From Orbicella franksi (taxonomy: Eukaryota): a stretch of 64,000 nucleotides of DNA. The stretch spans positions 1,984,001 to 2,048,000 of the forward strand of contig OZ116710.1 of NCBI GenBank assembly GCA_964199315.1, read 5' to 3'. Below, piece by piece: positions 24,245-36,533 of this stretch. Under the pieces are notes generated by a model. The model ran no database searches. It had not been told where the DNA came from and saw only the letters and a program-made list of their open reading frames with translations. Both the position numbers and the translations under genes were made by a program. Positions within the stretch are counted from its first letter, which is position 1, and every line of letters starts with the position of its first letter.

Positions 24245-24290
24245 CTAGCCAATAGGAGCACGCTACCAGGAGCCTTATCCAATCAGCGAT
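24245..24290 (+). promoter_or_regulatory. Paired CCAAT boxes upstream of CSRNP
   Basis: GCCAATAG (CCAAT 24249-24253) and TCCAATCAG (CCAAT 24279-24283), 30 bp apart, about 220-250 bp before the ATG. Confidence 0.4.
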
Positions 24291-24505
24291 GAATAATGAA
24301 TGAGAGTCATCAGCCGTTCTATTCATTGACGGCACGGCCAAACACAATACATTCACCGTCCAATAGTATTTTACCCTTCAATGGTGCACCTACACCTGTT
24401 CGCGAAACTGTCAATTCGCATAGCAAATAAGTTGCCACTGTGAATTTTCGATCGTTTTGATAATTTTCCTCTGGGCTGAACCATAACCAACCGGGGAAAT
24501 AGAAA

Positions 24506-25222
24506 ATGTCGAAGAGGAAACTCGACGAAGAAGATTCGCTGAGTACAGCTAGTTCTGACAGCGCCGACAGCTTGGGAAACGTAGAAGACTATCAGAGGGC
24601 CAAACGAAATCGACGAGTCCGGTTTAGCGAGAGGACGGTGTTCCACTTTCCTCGTACCCAAGGTTATACGTGTGTGCCTTCAAACGGAGGAACAACGCTT
24701 GGCATGAAACATAAACACGCTTTCGTCGAAAGAGCGCTTATATCGGACGAAGATCTAAGCGAAAGCGACACCGAGGATTCTTACGATAGCGCTGACAGCG
24801 AAGACAGCCATTGCTTCATGCCAATTCCACAAAAAGATCGCAAGGACATTTTGAAAGCGGCCGGCGTTAAGAAAATCAACAAACAAGAAGCAATTGAGTG
24901 TATGCAAATTAGATATTCGCGACAAATTTGCGGATGTTCTTGCAAGGAGTTCTGCGAGCCGGAATCATGTAGCTGTCAACTGAATGGAATAAACTGTCAA
25001 GTTGATCGAGATAGTTTTCCCTGTGGCTGTACTCGCCAAGGATGTCAAAACCCAAACGGACGCCACGAATACGACCCGATTACCGTACGCCGTCATTTCA
25101 TTGAAACATTGTTGAAATTACGAGGAGAGAAATATCTATGGCATGAAAATACAGCCGATCAAGAACATTCGCCCGATCTGCAGGATCCTGACCAGGTTAT
25201 AAGCTTTACCACAATTTCATAG
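24506..25222 (+). CDS. CSRNP: Cysteine/serine-rich nuclear protein (CSRNP/Axud1 family), single exon, 238 aa
   Basis: Serine-rich N-terminus, basic KRNRRVRF, then FPRTQGYTCVPSNGGTTLGM, and the Cys cluster RQICGCSCKEFCEPESCSCQLNGINCQVDRDSFPCGCTRQGCQNPNGRHEY...VRRHFIETL. Confidence 0.92.
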   Translation: MSKRKLDEEDSLSTASSDSADSLGNVEDYQRAKRNRRVRFSERTVFHFPRTQGYTCVPSNGGTTLGMKHKHAFVERALISDEDLSESDTEDSYDSADSEDSHCFMPIPQKDRKDILKAAGVKKINKQEAIECMQIRYSRQICGCSCKEFCEPESCSCQLNGINCQVDRDSFPCGCTRQGCQNPNGRHEYDPITVRRHFIETLLKLRGEKYLWHENTADQEHSPDLQDPDQVISFTTIS

Positions 25223-26994
25223 CACGCGGAGCATTTGTGAAGTTTACTCCCTACCTCTAGACAGACGATAACAGGATCGACTGTTAGTGCTGTGTTAGCG
25301 GTAATTTACTGTGTTGTACAGTGAAAACAGAATTACGAAAAGACTTAAAGCGTGCAGAAGTGGTGGTTTATTGGAATATTGTGATTTATAATTATATAAC
25401 CAAACGTGTGCAAATCTGGCGAAGAATAAAACTTATATATATTTTGTATTGCGAGTGGAATCACTAAACCTTTGTGTTGCACTTCTCGCATATCGGCGAC
25501 GCTGTTTCGAAGTAACTGCGTTTGGTCAGACGACAAAAAAAGTACCTTATGTGTAACATTTCTGAACAATAGTGTCGCTTTTTTACTTAAGTGTAAATGA
25601 ATTCTACGGCGGCCGAAAACTCGAAGTCGATCGTGAAAATTGACCGGCGTCAAAGCAATCATTGCCGATATTAAGCGTAGTCGCGAGTTTAATTTATCAT
25701 CTTTATTTGTACGGAGTATGTTGTGCTACAAAGCCAGAAATATTCTTTACATGATCTATAATTTGTTCAATTAACTATATTGCCGCGGTAGAAATTTCGG
25801 ACCAATATTCAAACTTACGGTGATTTTTATCACACGCGACCTGTTAAAGTCGCTATGAATGATCTTGTGATAGTAATAATTGCTTCACGGTGACTTTTAC
25901 TTTACCACAGGACGCTTTTTTAGTGTATCAAGGACTCAATTTCGAGACTGGTTTCAAATCGAAACAACATCAATCACTTCACATTTTTCTAAAAAAACCG
26001 TGTTTTGGTGTTATAAATGTTTGACTAGGACTCCCGTTGGCTAAAACAATAAGAAAGAACGCGTGCAAAACAGTAAAATACAAATGAACATATGATTCTG
26101 AATATGAAAGGAAACAAAATACATATTAAGGCAGCGTGAATTTCCGGTCGCCGCCTGAGATCCAAGGGAGGTAAAAGAATTTGAAGTCCAGGAGCCTTAC
26201 AATAACTAGACAACGAGCTGCTTTTAGATATTAGCTAAGAAGGGTACATATGTCTCCTTCCGTTTTATCGCCCCCATTTTGCCCTTCATGTTAACCATCA
26301 AATTCATTTTCAACTGCGCCCAATACATTGGTCTAGTACAAGCTGAGATAATTTTGTTCTGTATCCCGACAGTTCGTCCGGCAGGTTATCATATAACGAT
26401 TTTCTGTATTCTCAAAACGCAATTTGTTAAAAGTTTCTAATTAACCACAGAGTCGATAGAGTTGCTCTCGGTTACATTTTGCGCGTCGAGCAACTCTTAC
26501 GCTTCGCTCGTGCTCTCCAAACTTCCCAGGTGCATCCGTAACTCGATATACGCACGCTAAGCATGAACCAATTATTCATTAGCCGCCCAACATTCGGACT
26601 GTTATCAAATAAAATTCGTTATTTTAGTGTTTCGTAATTCTGGTCAGAGTTGAATGATATTTTCGTCAAATTGTATGTGTAGTTTTACTTGCGGACTTTG
26701 CAACCTTGACCGTCCTTGTCATACGAACGACACAGATTATTTCTCAACAATGCCCAGTATAGCGACAACTTCCTTTGTTTTACCAAAATGTCGAGACTAC
26801 CACCAAGATTTGATTTGTCTAGGTCAATAGTGAAATGCAAGCAGAAGATTCTGTTCAACTATTTTAAGGACATTCAAAACTTTGAATTACTCTCTGTTTC
26901 TCTTCACTTGGCTGAGCAACGCTAAGGTAGCCTCATTAGAGGTAGTGTAGTCGTGTTCCAAAGAACACAATAGATAAGTAAAGAGCGTGGATGG

Positions 26995-27600
26995 GTAATG
27001 CCTCTTCCACACTACGCTGGAAGAGTTTGAAATCGGAGGTTTCGTCCTGAAAACGCATCAAATGTTTTTCATCCACACTACGCTGGAGGAATTTGAAAAC
27101 GCAACAATCACCGGTCATTTTGGATTTGTGTTTGAGGAAAACTCGTTCAGTGAACTCAACGCCTTGCTCGTCATTTCCTCCACTCCTTTTAGTTTCGAAA
27201 TATGTGTTACGACTTCCACCATTATATAATATTGTAATTTTATTTTTATAATTTAGTAACATCTAAACCTGAAGAAGGCTGGTCTTGCCAGCTGAAATAT
27301 TGATACGACGTTGTGTCAGCCTTGCAGTAGTCTTTGACTTCTCATCGTTTTAGTTTGATTAGATCTCCTGTGAGATCCAACGTTTGGCAGGATCTTCGTT
27401 CACGGCTTTGCACTTTATTTAATGTGTTTTCAAAACTTTCTGTCCATTCGAGAACCGGTGAAAAGCCGGCGTTTTTAAATCCCTCCGGTTTGAAGAGCGT
27501 TGTCGAAAAGCTCCGTTTTCGTGACAGATTAGCGTGGACGGTAGGCTTAATTAACCGTAGAATTCAAATTCCTTCGGCGTAGTGTGAACGGGGCCTGAGA
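26995..27600. mobile_element. TIR MITE (CCACACTACGC termini) carrying a nested insertion; paralogous copy at about 34410-35020
   Basis: Left ccacactacgctggaagagtttgaaa versus right attccttcggcgtagtgtgaacggggcc. Both copies carry the same roughly 260-bp internal insert. Confidence 0.6.
27265..27305 (+). ncRNA. Degenerate minimal hammerhead ribozyme motif
   Basis: CUGAAGA (27269-27275), A, stem II GGCUGG-ucuug-CCAGCU, GAAA (27294-27297), palindromic AAUAUU. Confidence 0.5.
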
Positions 27601-28943
27601 AACTCCTTCCGTTAACCACACCTTCTAAGGAATGTCTTTCAGTTGCCATGGAGTGTGTAGGCAGCCTGTCCAAAAGTGTGCTCGCCCCGCAGAAAGCCCT
27701 TCTATATAAAAGTAATACAGTACACAAATCGAAATTTATTTAAACGCCTTTATTTAAATCATGTGCAACATTTTAAAATTATATTTTCACTGCAACCTCC
27801 TGACTGTTATTAATTTCTGTGTGATTATTTAAACCTACATTCTCTACTAAATTTTGCCTTTACGATCACTACCCTTATGACTATAAACTTGATGAAGCGG
27901 CTATTTTCACGTATACATTAATTGACAGAAAGCCTATCCGGCAAGCAAATGATACCACCATACTGTAAGGTACATGAATCTATTACACATGGCTCTGCAT
28001 AGTATTTTAAAATGTTTACCAGCATTGAAGTACATAGCTCTGCATAGCATTTTGATTGTTTTCACATGTACATTATTGAAATACTCTGACAGTAGCTGAA
28101 TTCTTTCTGACTAGCAGGTATGTCTCTGGACGAATCTATTTTACAGAGATAAGTGATCTAGCGTACAAAGGATCACAATTCCACACCTTTTGCAAAACCC
28201 TGGAAGTTTATGTCGCGATTATACCGAGTAAATTCGTTATCTTCTGGAAAAACTCCTGGTATAAATCAAGATGTTGTTTATAAGAAGTGGAATTCGTTAT
28301 TTTACTGTTTTGTAATTGTGACTAAGCCAGAGTTGAACGACTGGTTTGTTAAATTGTATGTTTAGTTCACAATGCGAATTTATTTAGTCAGTATCCTTGA
28401 TCATGCTTGATACAGGCGGGTATATTAAAATTAATGCCAGTAGCAATTGATATTTTGAGACAAGGTCTCTGAGCTCAAATTCGGCGCAGAAATAAATTAA
28501 CACTGAGAGATTCCTTAATCGACCTTAACCCGATGAAAATCTTCGGACTGTTTTTTATTTTTTTCAATTTTCCTTGAAATAAATTGGTTTTACGCATTCT
28601 TTGAAGATCAGTTACGTTCCTTTATTCTAGAGTACATTGTAAACATCTCTCGAGGTTCTGTTCACCATAGTTTGTGATTTTTCCGCGTTTTCTCTCTACT
28701 AACTGAAGACAGTGCATGCGGTGAGTGGTCGGTCGATTGGGGTAAGCTTGCTATCTAACCAATGGTATCATTTAGAATTCAGTGCTTAGTTTTTAAATTT
28801 AAGTAGAGCATATTACAATCCGAATTAAACAATTTTAAAATATCCTTATCTTCAATTGTAAAGTAATTTACAGTTATACGTCTTATACCACACCTTCGCT
28901 TGGTTTTGACAAAAGCCTCTTAAGAAAAGCAAAACATGAAAGT

Positions 28944-31900
28944 TCAGAAATTCACTGGTCTTATTTTCATCTCGGTCCTCTTCAGGGAGTAATTTCCTGC
29001 CTTCCAGGTTTTCCAGTTCACACCATCCGATATGCGAGAGGGATTTTCGTGACGATAGATACCATTCAGGTTAGATTTGTGACACCTCTTGTACCACCAG
29101 GCTCCGTGACGAATACTGGCACAGTTTTTGTCCTCATGGTTATCATTATCTTGATCACGAGTTGTAAACGGTTGACCGCGATGATAAAAAAGAGAGTTAC
29201 CAGCAGTTCCTAAAACATTACAGAAAGAAATGATTAACTATCATGCGGAAGAAAAAGGTAATAACGAAAGAAATCAGTTGTCCCAGCAATCTTTGCTACA
29301 CCTGTAAGTTGTCGAGAGTGGGGATGGTGGTCCGGGGAGTCTCCCCCCCCCCGGGATGGATTCTCTTCCAAACTTTCAGTAGTTCTAACTGTTATTTTAG
29401 CCACAAGATTTTGTATGCATAACTGAATGAATTTACAAAGGTGTTGTTTCTACAACTTAGCGAATAGAAACGAAGCGAATCACCTGAGTAAGAGCCGAGG
29501 ATCAACTTGTACTTGTCATTCTCACTCATAACACCAAACTTGTTATACTCGGCATAAGCAGTATTCCCTTCAAAGTCTTCCAAGTCCACACGCAGCATGC
29601 TGTTATTATCAGAGGTCAGGCGGTGGATTTTGTCCAGCCCGAGCCAAAATTCACCATTCAGATCACCAAAACCAACTTTGTAATCGCTCCAGTTAAGGAA
29701 AAAATCAACAGAACCGTCCAGTCTCTTCTGGAACACTGTCCACCCTCCACCGGCTGTTGTTTGGTCACAAAAGACATCAAAGGCAGGCAAGTTGTCAGGT
29801 TTGATGGTGTAAACACCGTCTTTTCTTTCACCAGATTTGTAGATTTCGCCGCAGTTTCTATAAGCTGAAAAAGAAAAGAAATGATAGAAATTTTGATATG
29901 GCGTAAGTTCTACCTGAAATAATATTTCCATTCGCGGAGGCAGCGTAAGTGCACTTTATGGTTTGAGTGCCAGACGAAACGGCGACGCAAACGCAGTCAC
30001 GAGCAGGTATTCCAGTTTTGCAGGTTGGAGGTTGAAATATCGCCATTAAAGTTCAAGTGAGTTTCCTAAGAATCAAGAGACCATGTAGTCTCTTGTCAGC
30101 ACTTTGATTAGCCTGAATGGCACTCCGGTAAGCCTAAAGTAGTCTAGGCTACTTGCGGTTAGGCTTTACATTGGGCTTAATCGATTTCACCTCGAATAAA
30201 CAAGTCCTTCCAACCAGCATAAAATACGTGCTGCTAAGTCACACAAATATGGTGATACAAACTTGTCTTTGTGTGGGCTTCGTGTCCAAGCACGAGATCG
30301 ACCCTGAGCCAGCTGCCCGCCGCTTGGGCAGAATAATAATTAAGGTTTCTCTCTGCCTTGTCAGGAAGCAGTGTTCATCATATACATAAAGCTGTTTGGA
30401 TTTGGCCCGGTAATACTCTGTCTCTATGGGCTTCTCGTTTCCTCTCTTACTGTTTGGCGCTGTTTGCTCGCCTATTCGACTTTGTCTCCTCCCCACAAAC
30501 TGTTTCTGGGTCTCCGGGGATTGAACTTTTTAAACTTTTCGTAACTGATATGCGTAAATTATCAGTGGCGGATCCAGACCTAGAGCCAAGGGGAAGGGGG
30601 CCCGGGTTTTGTTTTGCTTGCCCTGCCGACTTTTCTTCCCTCTGTGATTTCTCATTTTTACCCAGAATAAGGAGGGGGGCGGGCCTCCCGGGCCCCTCCC
30701 CTAGATCCGCCACTCATTATCATTATACATTACTTTCATTGCAAGTTGTTCCAGTGAATCCAGGGCGACAAAGACAACGAAAACCTTTACTGGTGAATCC
30801 AGCTTGACATGTGCCATTGTTCAAACATGGGCTGCTACTACAGGAATTCTGTTACGAGGGAAAAAGAAACGAGAGAAGCAAATTAATGATTTTTTTGTTA
30901 TTCACATATAAATACAACACTTATCATGATATATTTTCTAATCAGGATAGAAAGAAATATCAATGAATAACTATAATTGTTATATTTTTAGTCTGAGCTT
31001 TCTTGCCTTGTGTAACAACGAAATGTCATCTGTATCGCTGAAAATATTCAGCATACTTCTTTTCAATGATTAAAGACTATATTACATTACCTCAATTGCA
31101 AGATAGGTGAAAGATGGCTCATCAGCAAGGAAGATGGTCAATTGGTTTTCATCGGTTGCATTATTCAAATCGCACTTGTGTTTTCCTCCATCTGAAGGTC
31201 CCAAATTAATGGACACACAATTAGGCTCCATATAACACAACAGTCGACAGGTCCCTTCATTAGGGACCTCCTCACTCCTAATCACGTGATTCTTCATTGC
31301 TCTGTTTGCAACTGGCTCCTTGAATATAATGTTGCGGCATTCGTCGTCTGTGTGAATAAACAAAAATAAAATATCAAAATGACTTACTCTGATAAAACGT
31401 ATTTGCCTCCTGCTCACACGGTTTGATCGTTTTTATTTGTCGATATTTCCAAGCCACTCTTTTTCAATTGGGGAAAGAATATCCGTAAGTGCTGGTATCA
31501 TAAGGGAGAAGGGAGAGGAAGACTGTTAACGTTTATCAGTATTTTTTTCAGTACATTTCCCGTTACACAAATTATTACTCTGATAAAACGTTTTTGTGTC
31601 CTGCTCACATGGGCAGATCGTTTGTATCGCCATCCCAGAGTTTTTGGAATGTATAAAAGAATATCCACAAGGGCTGTTATCAGAAGAAGCAAAAACAGAA
31701 TGATGCGAATTCTTGCGGAAGTTTTAAAAGGGAATGGTAAAGTGTTCTATCTGTATTTTTTATACAGTCCATCAGGGCTTTCAAAGACAGTAAATCTTCC
31801 TAATATGATTAAAATTACCAAACGTTATATCCATGGTGAAGATCGGATCTGGAAAAAATACCTTAGAAACGTTTTCCCAGCTCGGTTAAGTTTGAATGAA

Positions 31901-32263
31901 AAATTATAAATTCTTTCCCTGCAAAATGTTATTTGTCTGAGTGAAAACGCCAGTTCAAAGATCTCCCCGTACGAACGAGTAAAATAAGCCGGTTTGCCTG
32001 CGTTTACATGTGTTCCACATCTGATATGCTAAAAGGAAGAAATAACACAACTTGGATTTTCGACTAAAGCGATATAATGTCTCGGAAACAAAATCAATTT
32101 GGCAGAAATATTAGAACCTTTGTAGAGCGCAAACTAAGAAACTGTGCCAATTAAGAGAGGAACACTTACCAAAGCAACCACAACATAATAGGAAAATGTT
32201 TCCAAACGAGATACAAAGGCAAAAGATGGTAGAAATGTCATGCTGAATCTCCAAAGGAGCCAT
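28944..32263 (-). CDS. FReD-1 (type I): signal peptide - PAN/apple - EGF - fibrinogen C-terminal domain, secreted lectin-like protein, about 370 aa, intact
   Basis: Exons 32263-32170 (MAPLEIQHDISTIFCLCISFGNIFLLCCGCF), 31347-31091 (PAN, CRLLCYMEPNCVSIN), 30848-30734 (EGF), 29864-29484 ([17 protein letters not shown]...GEFWLGLDKIH), 29209-28944 (GAWWYKRCHKSNLNG...TEMKIRP). All GT-AG; 1113 nt in frame. Confidence 0.88.
30563..30715. mobile_element. 153-bp CAGTGGCGGATC MITE with 5-bp TSD (ATTAT)
   Basis: TIRs CAGTGGCGGATC / GATCCGCCACTC. ATTAT at 30558-30562 and 30716-30720. The paralogous intron in FReD-3 (about 48810-48835) is the empty site. Confidence 0.85.
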
Positions 32264-32299
32264 TCTTCCGAATTCGGAGAGAAGTGTGCAAAGCGAACG

Positions 32300-34370
32300 C
32301 TTGTGAGCTGGGTCAGCCTGTACGCATTTTCACTTTCGACGGGGAGAAGTTATAATTAGAGCGGAGGTTCCTGTTTTGACCAATTTGATGGAATGTTTAT
32401 GATTAGGTTAATAGAATGCCTTATATTGTCAAATTAAGGCAATGTTTACTTTAGTGAATAAGTAATTTATGCTAACTTCAGAGTTTACACCTCTGTAGAT
32501 CGGAACACCGAGGGTAACGGAATTGGTTTGGATTGTTTGTAATAAAAGATAGACAAGCTTCGTGACGGTTTCTGTTGAATATTTTCTCAATTCCACTGTA
32601 ATCCTACAATGGTCTCTGAAACTTAAAAGGTGTTTAGTTTCCCCGGAGGCCATGTTGATGTCATGACTACCGGCTGCAAAATCGACCTTGAATTTCAATT
32701 TAACTATATTTAAAAGTTCCAGTAGAGTCAACTATTATCTTATGATCTTGGGTTTCTATTGAAAACCATTTATTGTGATACCGTCCTGGGAAGTAACATC
32801 GCCTTCAATAGGATTCTGCCAGTTTTTGTTAATGAATATTTGCCACCTGTTGGGGCAGATGAGAATAAACAGTCGGACAGAATAAAAATAAGTTAAACAA
32901 AGTTTGATGCGTTAATAACCCAAGTCCTAGTTATTCACTGGCATAGGTTTTTTATGATTAATGATTTCTTCATACGTTTCGAGAATTTTTAAAATTACTA
33001 GCGCGCATCATATTGATTGCAAGATATTGATTGCATTTTTCTTGTTCGCTGCCGCGCACCAACTATTATAAAAGTAATTCCATTGTCCATTGAAAATAGC
33101 TTTAGCTATTGAGGCGCCATTCTTTGGAACAGCCATCCTCTCGACTGAACGGAAACAGAGTCCCTGAGGCAATTTAAACGCCTACTCAAAGGAGATGTAT
33201 AAGGAACGGCATTCGTGGAAAGCAGCTTTTTTATTTAATTATTTTTTATTATATTAGACATTAGGCATTAAATGTATTCCGTAGTTTTAAGCTGACGAAA
33301 TTTTCACCGTGCTTAAATAAAGATTATGTATGTATGTATGTAATCGTAAAAAATGGGGATGCCTTCTGCGTCAGGTAGATATAACCTGGAAAAGGGAATT
33401 TTGTTCCCAACGAGATTAAAAAACACCGATGCATTGAAACGCAGCAGGAAACACAGTCGTAAACTTGTAAACGTCTTGTTGTTGACTTCCCAGTATTTAC
33501 ATGTATCACATTCGGATTATTTTTTCACCTAATTACCACCTGCAAATGTTATGCAATCAGCCTAAAGGAAAAAGTGTGCTTTCATTTAGCTCAACATCTT
33601 CTTCAATCATTATTGAATACGCGAGAATTACAGCACAATCTTTGTAAGTCCGTTCAAATCTTGTTTTAGAAATTGTTACCCATCCAGTCTTTGGTTTCTT
33701 TTGGAAAAAAATAGAAAAAAAAAAAAAAAACTTATTTGGCCTAATCTCGAGATCAAACATCATTGGTTAAAGCAGAATTGCACAACGGAATGTTTTATGA
33801 AAATAGACTGCGTTAATTTGGCTAAACAGCTCTATTTGAGCCCTCCTTGACTCCATTAGTTCTTTGCAAAATTCGACTTCCTCAAAATCCTACACACCCC
33901 TACATCGCGCCCTTCGCATTCCGGTTTTGAGCTAAGCGGAAATTATTCTCTTTTCGGGTTGTGCTTTCGCAAATTGGCTTGCGGGCAAGTCTATTGCATG
34001 GCCTTAATGTTTAGTTTCAGTTATTTACTCCAAAGCTGGTTAAAAAACCCAGTAAATTGTGTGTATTTCTTCTTGCATTGAGTCCTTCGTTAAAAAACGT
34101 TATTTAACACTGCAACTTAATTTGTCGAAACTTAATATTTAATACATTTGCTCCTAGAGGGCACAATTTTGCATCTGTCTACAGTAAACTTTTAACTAAC
34201 TAGCAGCAGTCCTAATTGCAAAATCCTAAAATATAGATAATTAAGACCCAACAGACAGATAATGCGAAAGGTAATCATTCCAAATTTAACTTACTAAATT
34301 TTTAATTGAAGTGGAAGTTGCCGCATGCAAAACGTCAGGCTGTGATGTACAACCATATTTACAAGATCAA
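32300..34370. repeat. Segmental duplication, paralogous to about 43300-45420 (upstream/promoter block)
   Basis: Shared blocks such as tattgtcaa(a/g)ttaaggcaatgtt, aaacttaaaaggtgtttagtttc, ccgtcctgggaagtaaca, cagcacaatctttgtaagt and taactagcagcagtc...caggctgtga. Confidence 0.8.
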
Positions 34371-34670
34371 AGAGAAGTAATGTTAGTCATTCTTCATCGG
34401 CGTGGATGGGTAATGCCCCGTCCACACTACGCTGGAAGAGTTTGAAAACGGAGCTTTCACTCTGAAAACGCATCAAATGTTTGCCATCCACTCTACGCCG
34501 GAGGAATTTGAAAACGCAACAATCAACGATCATTTTGGATTTGTGTTTAAGGAAAACTCGGTCAGTGAACCGTTCTTCTTTTCCGCCACTTCTTTTAGTT
34601 TCGAAACATGTGTTACGACATCCACCATTATATAATATTGCAACTTCATTTTTATAATTTAGTAGCATCT

Positions 34671-34711
34671 AAACCTGAAGAACGCTTGTCTGGCCAGCCG
34701 AAATATTGTTT
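34671..34711 (+). ncRNA. Degenerate minimal hammerhead motif (paralog of 27265-27305)
   Basis: aaac-CUGAAGA (34675-34681)...cagcc-GAAA (34700-34703)-UAUU-guuu. Stem I aaac/guuu pairs; stem II is damaged. Confidence 0.4.
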
Positions 34712-36473
34712 TGAATAAACGACCTTGTGTCGGCCTTGCAGTAGTCTTTGACTTCTCATCGTTTTACTTTGATTAGATCTCCTGTGAGATCCAACGTTTG
34801 GCAGGATCTTCGTTCATGGCTTTGCAGTTTATTAAGTGTGTTTTCAAAACTTTTTCCATCCACACGAGAACGAAAAGCCGGCGTTTTTAAATTCTTCTGA
34901 TTTGAAGAACGTTTTTGAAAAGCTCCGTTTTCGTGACGGATTAGTGTGGACGGTAGGCCTAACCGTAAAAAGAAACCTCCGTTTTTAAATTCCTTCGGCG
35001 TAGTGCAGACGGGGCCTGAGGAACTCCTTCCGTTAACCACACCTTCTAAGGAATGTCTTTCAGTTGCCATGGAGTGTGTAAGCAGCCTGTCCAAAAATGT
35101 GCTCACCCCGCAGAAAACCCTTCTATACAAAAATAATACAGTACACAACTCGAAATTTATTTAAACGCCTTTATTTAAATTATGTACCACATTTTAAATC
35201 ATTTTTTCACTGCAAAATCTTGACTGTAAGTAATTTCTGTGTGATTATTTAAACCTACATCCTCTACTAAATTTTGCTATACAATCACTACCCTTATGAC
35301 TATAAACTTGATAAAGGTATTTTCAGTAGTTAAACAATGGTGCATTTTGATATTTTTTCTTTTACACGTATACATTAATTGACAGAAAGCCTATCCGGCA
35401 AGCAAACGATACCACCATACTGTAAGGTACATGAATCTATTACACATGGCTCTGCATAATATTTTAAAATGTTTACCAGCAAATTGAAATACTTTGAGAT
35501 TAAGCTCAATATTTCTCGGCCAACCGTGCGGTTGACTCGACAGTATACATGCATAGCTCTGCATAGCATTTTGATTTTTTTCATATGAACATTATTGAAA
35601 TACTCTGACAGTAGTTGAATTCTTTCAAACTAGCAGTTAGTCGACTTTACTTAAGCTGAACGAATCTATTTTACAGAAATAAGTGATCTAGCGTACAAAA
35701 GATCACAATTCCACTCTTTTTGCAAAAACCTTGGAATCTGAAGTCGCAATTATGCCGAGCAATTTCGTTATCTTCTGAAAAACCTCCTGGTATAAATCAA
35801 CACGTTGTTTATAAGAAGTGGAATTCGTTATTTTACTGTTTTGTAAGCGTCATTAATCCAGAGTTGAACGACTTGCTTGTTAAATTGTACGTTTAGTTCA
35901 CATTGGGAGTTTTACTCAGTACCCTCAATCGCGCTTGATACAGGCGGGTACATTAAAAAAATGCCAGTACTGAACAATTGATATTTTGAGGCAGCCTCCT
36001 TAATTCCTTTAGAAAAGAAGCTAAGCTCAAATTCGGTGCAGGAATATAATCAGCCTTAATCCGATGAAAAAAACTTTTTTGACTATTTTCATATTTTTTC
36101 AATTTTCCTTAAAATGAGTTGGTTTTAAACATTCCTTGAAGATCAGTTACGTTCCTTTATACTAGGGAGCATTGTAAACTTCTCTCGAGGTTCTGTTTAT
36201 AATAGCTTCTATTTTTTTGGGTCTTTTCTAACTGAAAACAGTGCGTATGGTGAGTAATAGACGGTCAATCATAGCATGCTGTCCACTCAACGACATCATT
36301 TTAATTTCAGTGCTCGGGTTTTAAATTCAAGCGCAGTATATTACAATTCAAATTAAACAATTTTTAAATATCCCCATCTTCAACTGTAAAGTTAGTTACA
36401 GTTATTTCTCACCCCAGCTCTCTTGGTTTTGACAAATGCTTCTTAAGAAAAGCAAAACATGCAATATGAAAGT

Positions 36474-36533
36474 TCAGAAATCCACTTGTCTTATTTTCAT
36501 CTCGGTCCTCTTCAGGGAGTAGTATCTCCCCTT
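36474..36533 (-). pseudogene. Relic of a fifth FReD terminal exon (KGRYYSLKRTEMKIRQVDF*)
   Basis: Only the last roughly 19 codons and stop remain, fused to the 3' flank of FReD-2. It is followed by its own diverged 3' flank at about 36220-36470. Confidence 0.8.

Larger units (their letters stand above)
26930..29320. repeat. Segmental duplication, paralogous to about 34380-37200 (FReD 3' end and flank)
   Basis: Colinear MITE, hammerhead relic, 3' flank and terminal exon sequences are readable in both blocks. Confidence 0.85.

Noticed and set aside
29623-29868. Recurring + strand ORFs opposite the fibrinogen exons (also 38135-38416, 48178-48594, 59058-59327)
   Set aside because: Antisense shadows of a conserved coding exon.
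30358-30807. 149-aa and 88-aa overlapping ORFs in the FReD-1 intron
   Set aside because: They run through the GC-rich MITE and the antisense of the EGF exon, and are not conserved in the FReD-3 paralog.
33557-33763. ORF with TYKDCA resembling the fibrinogen exon start (AYKNCG)
   Set aside because: The similarity is limited to a few residues, and the paralogous block near 44710-44830 does not keep a matching frame or domain.
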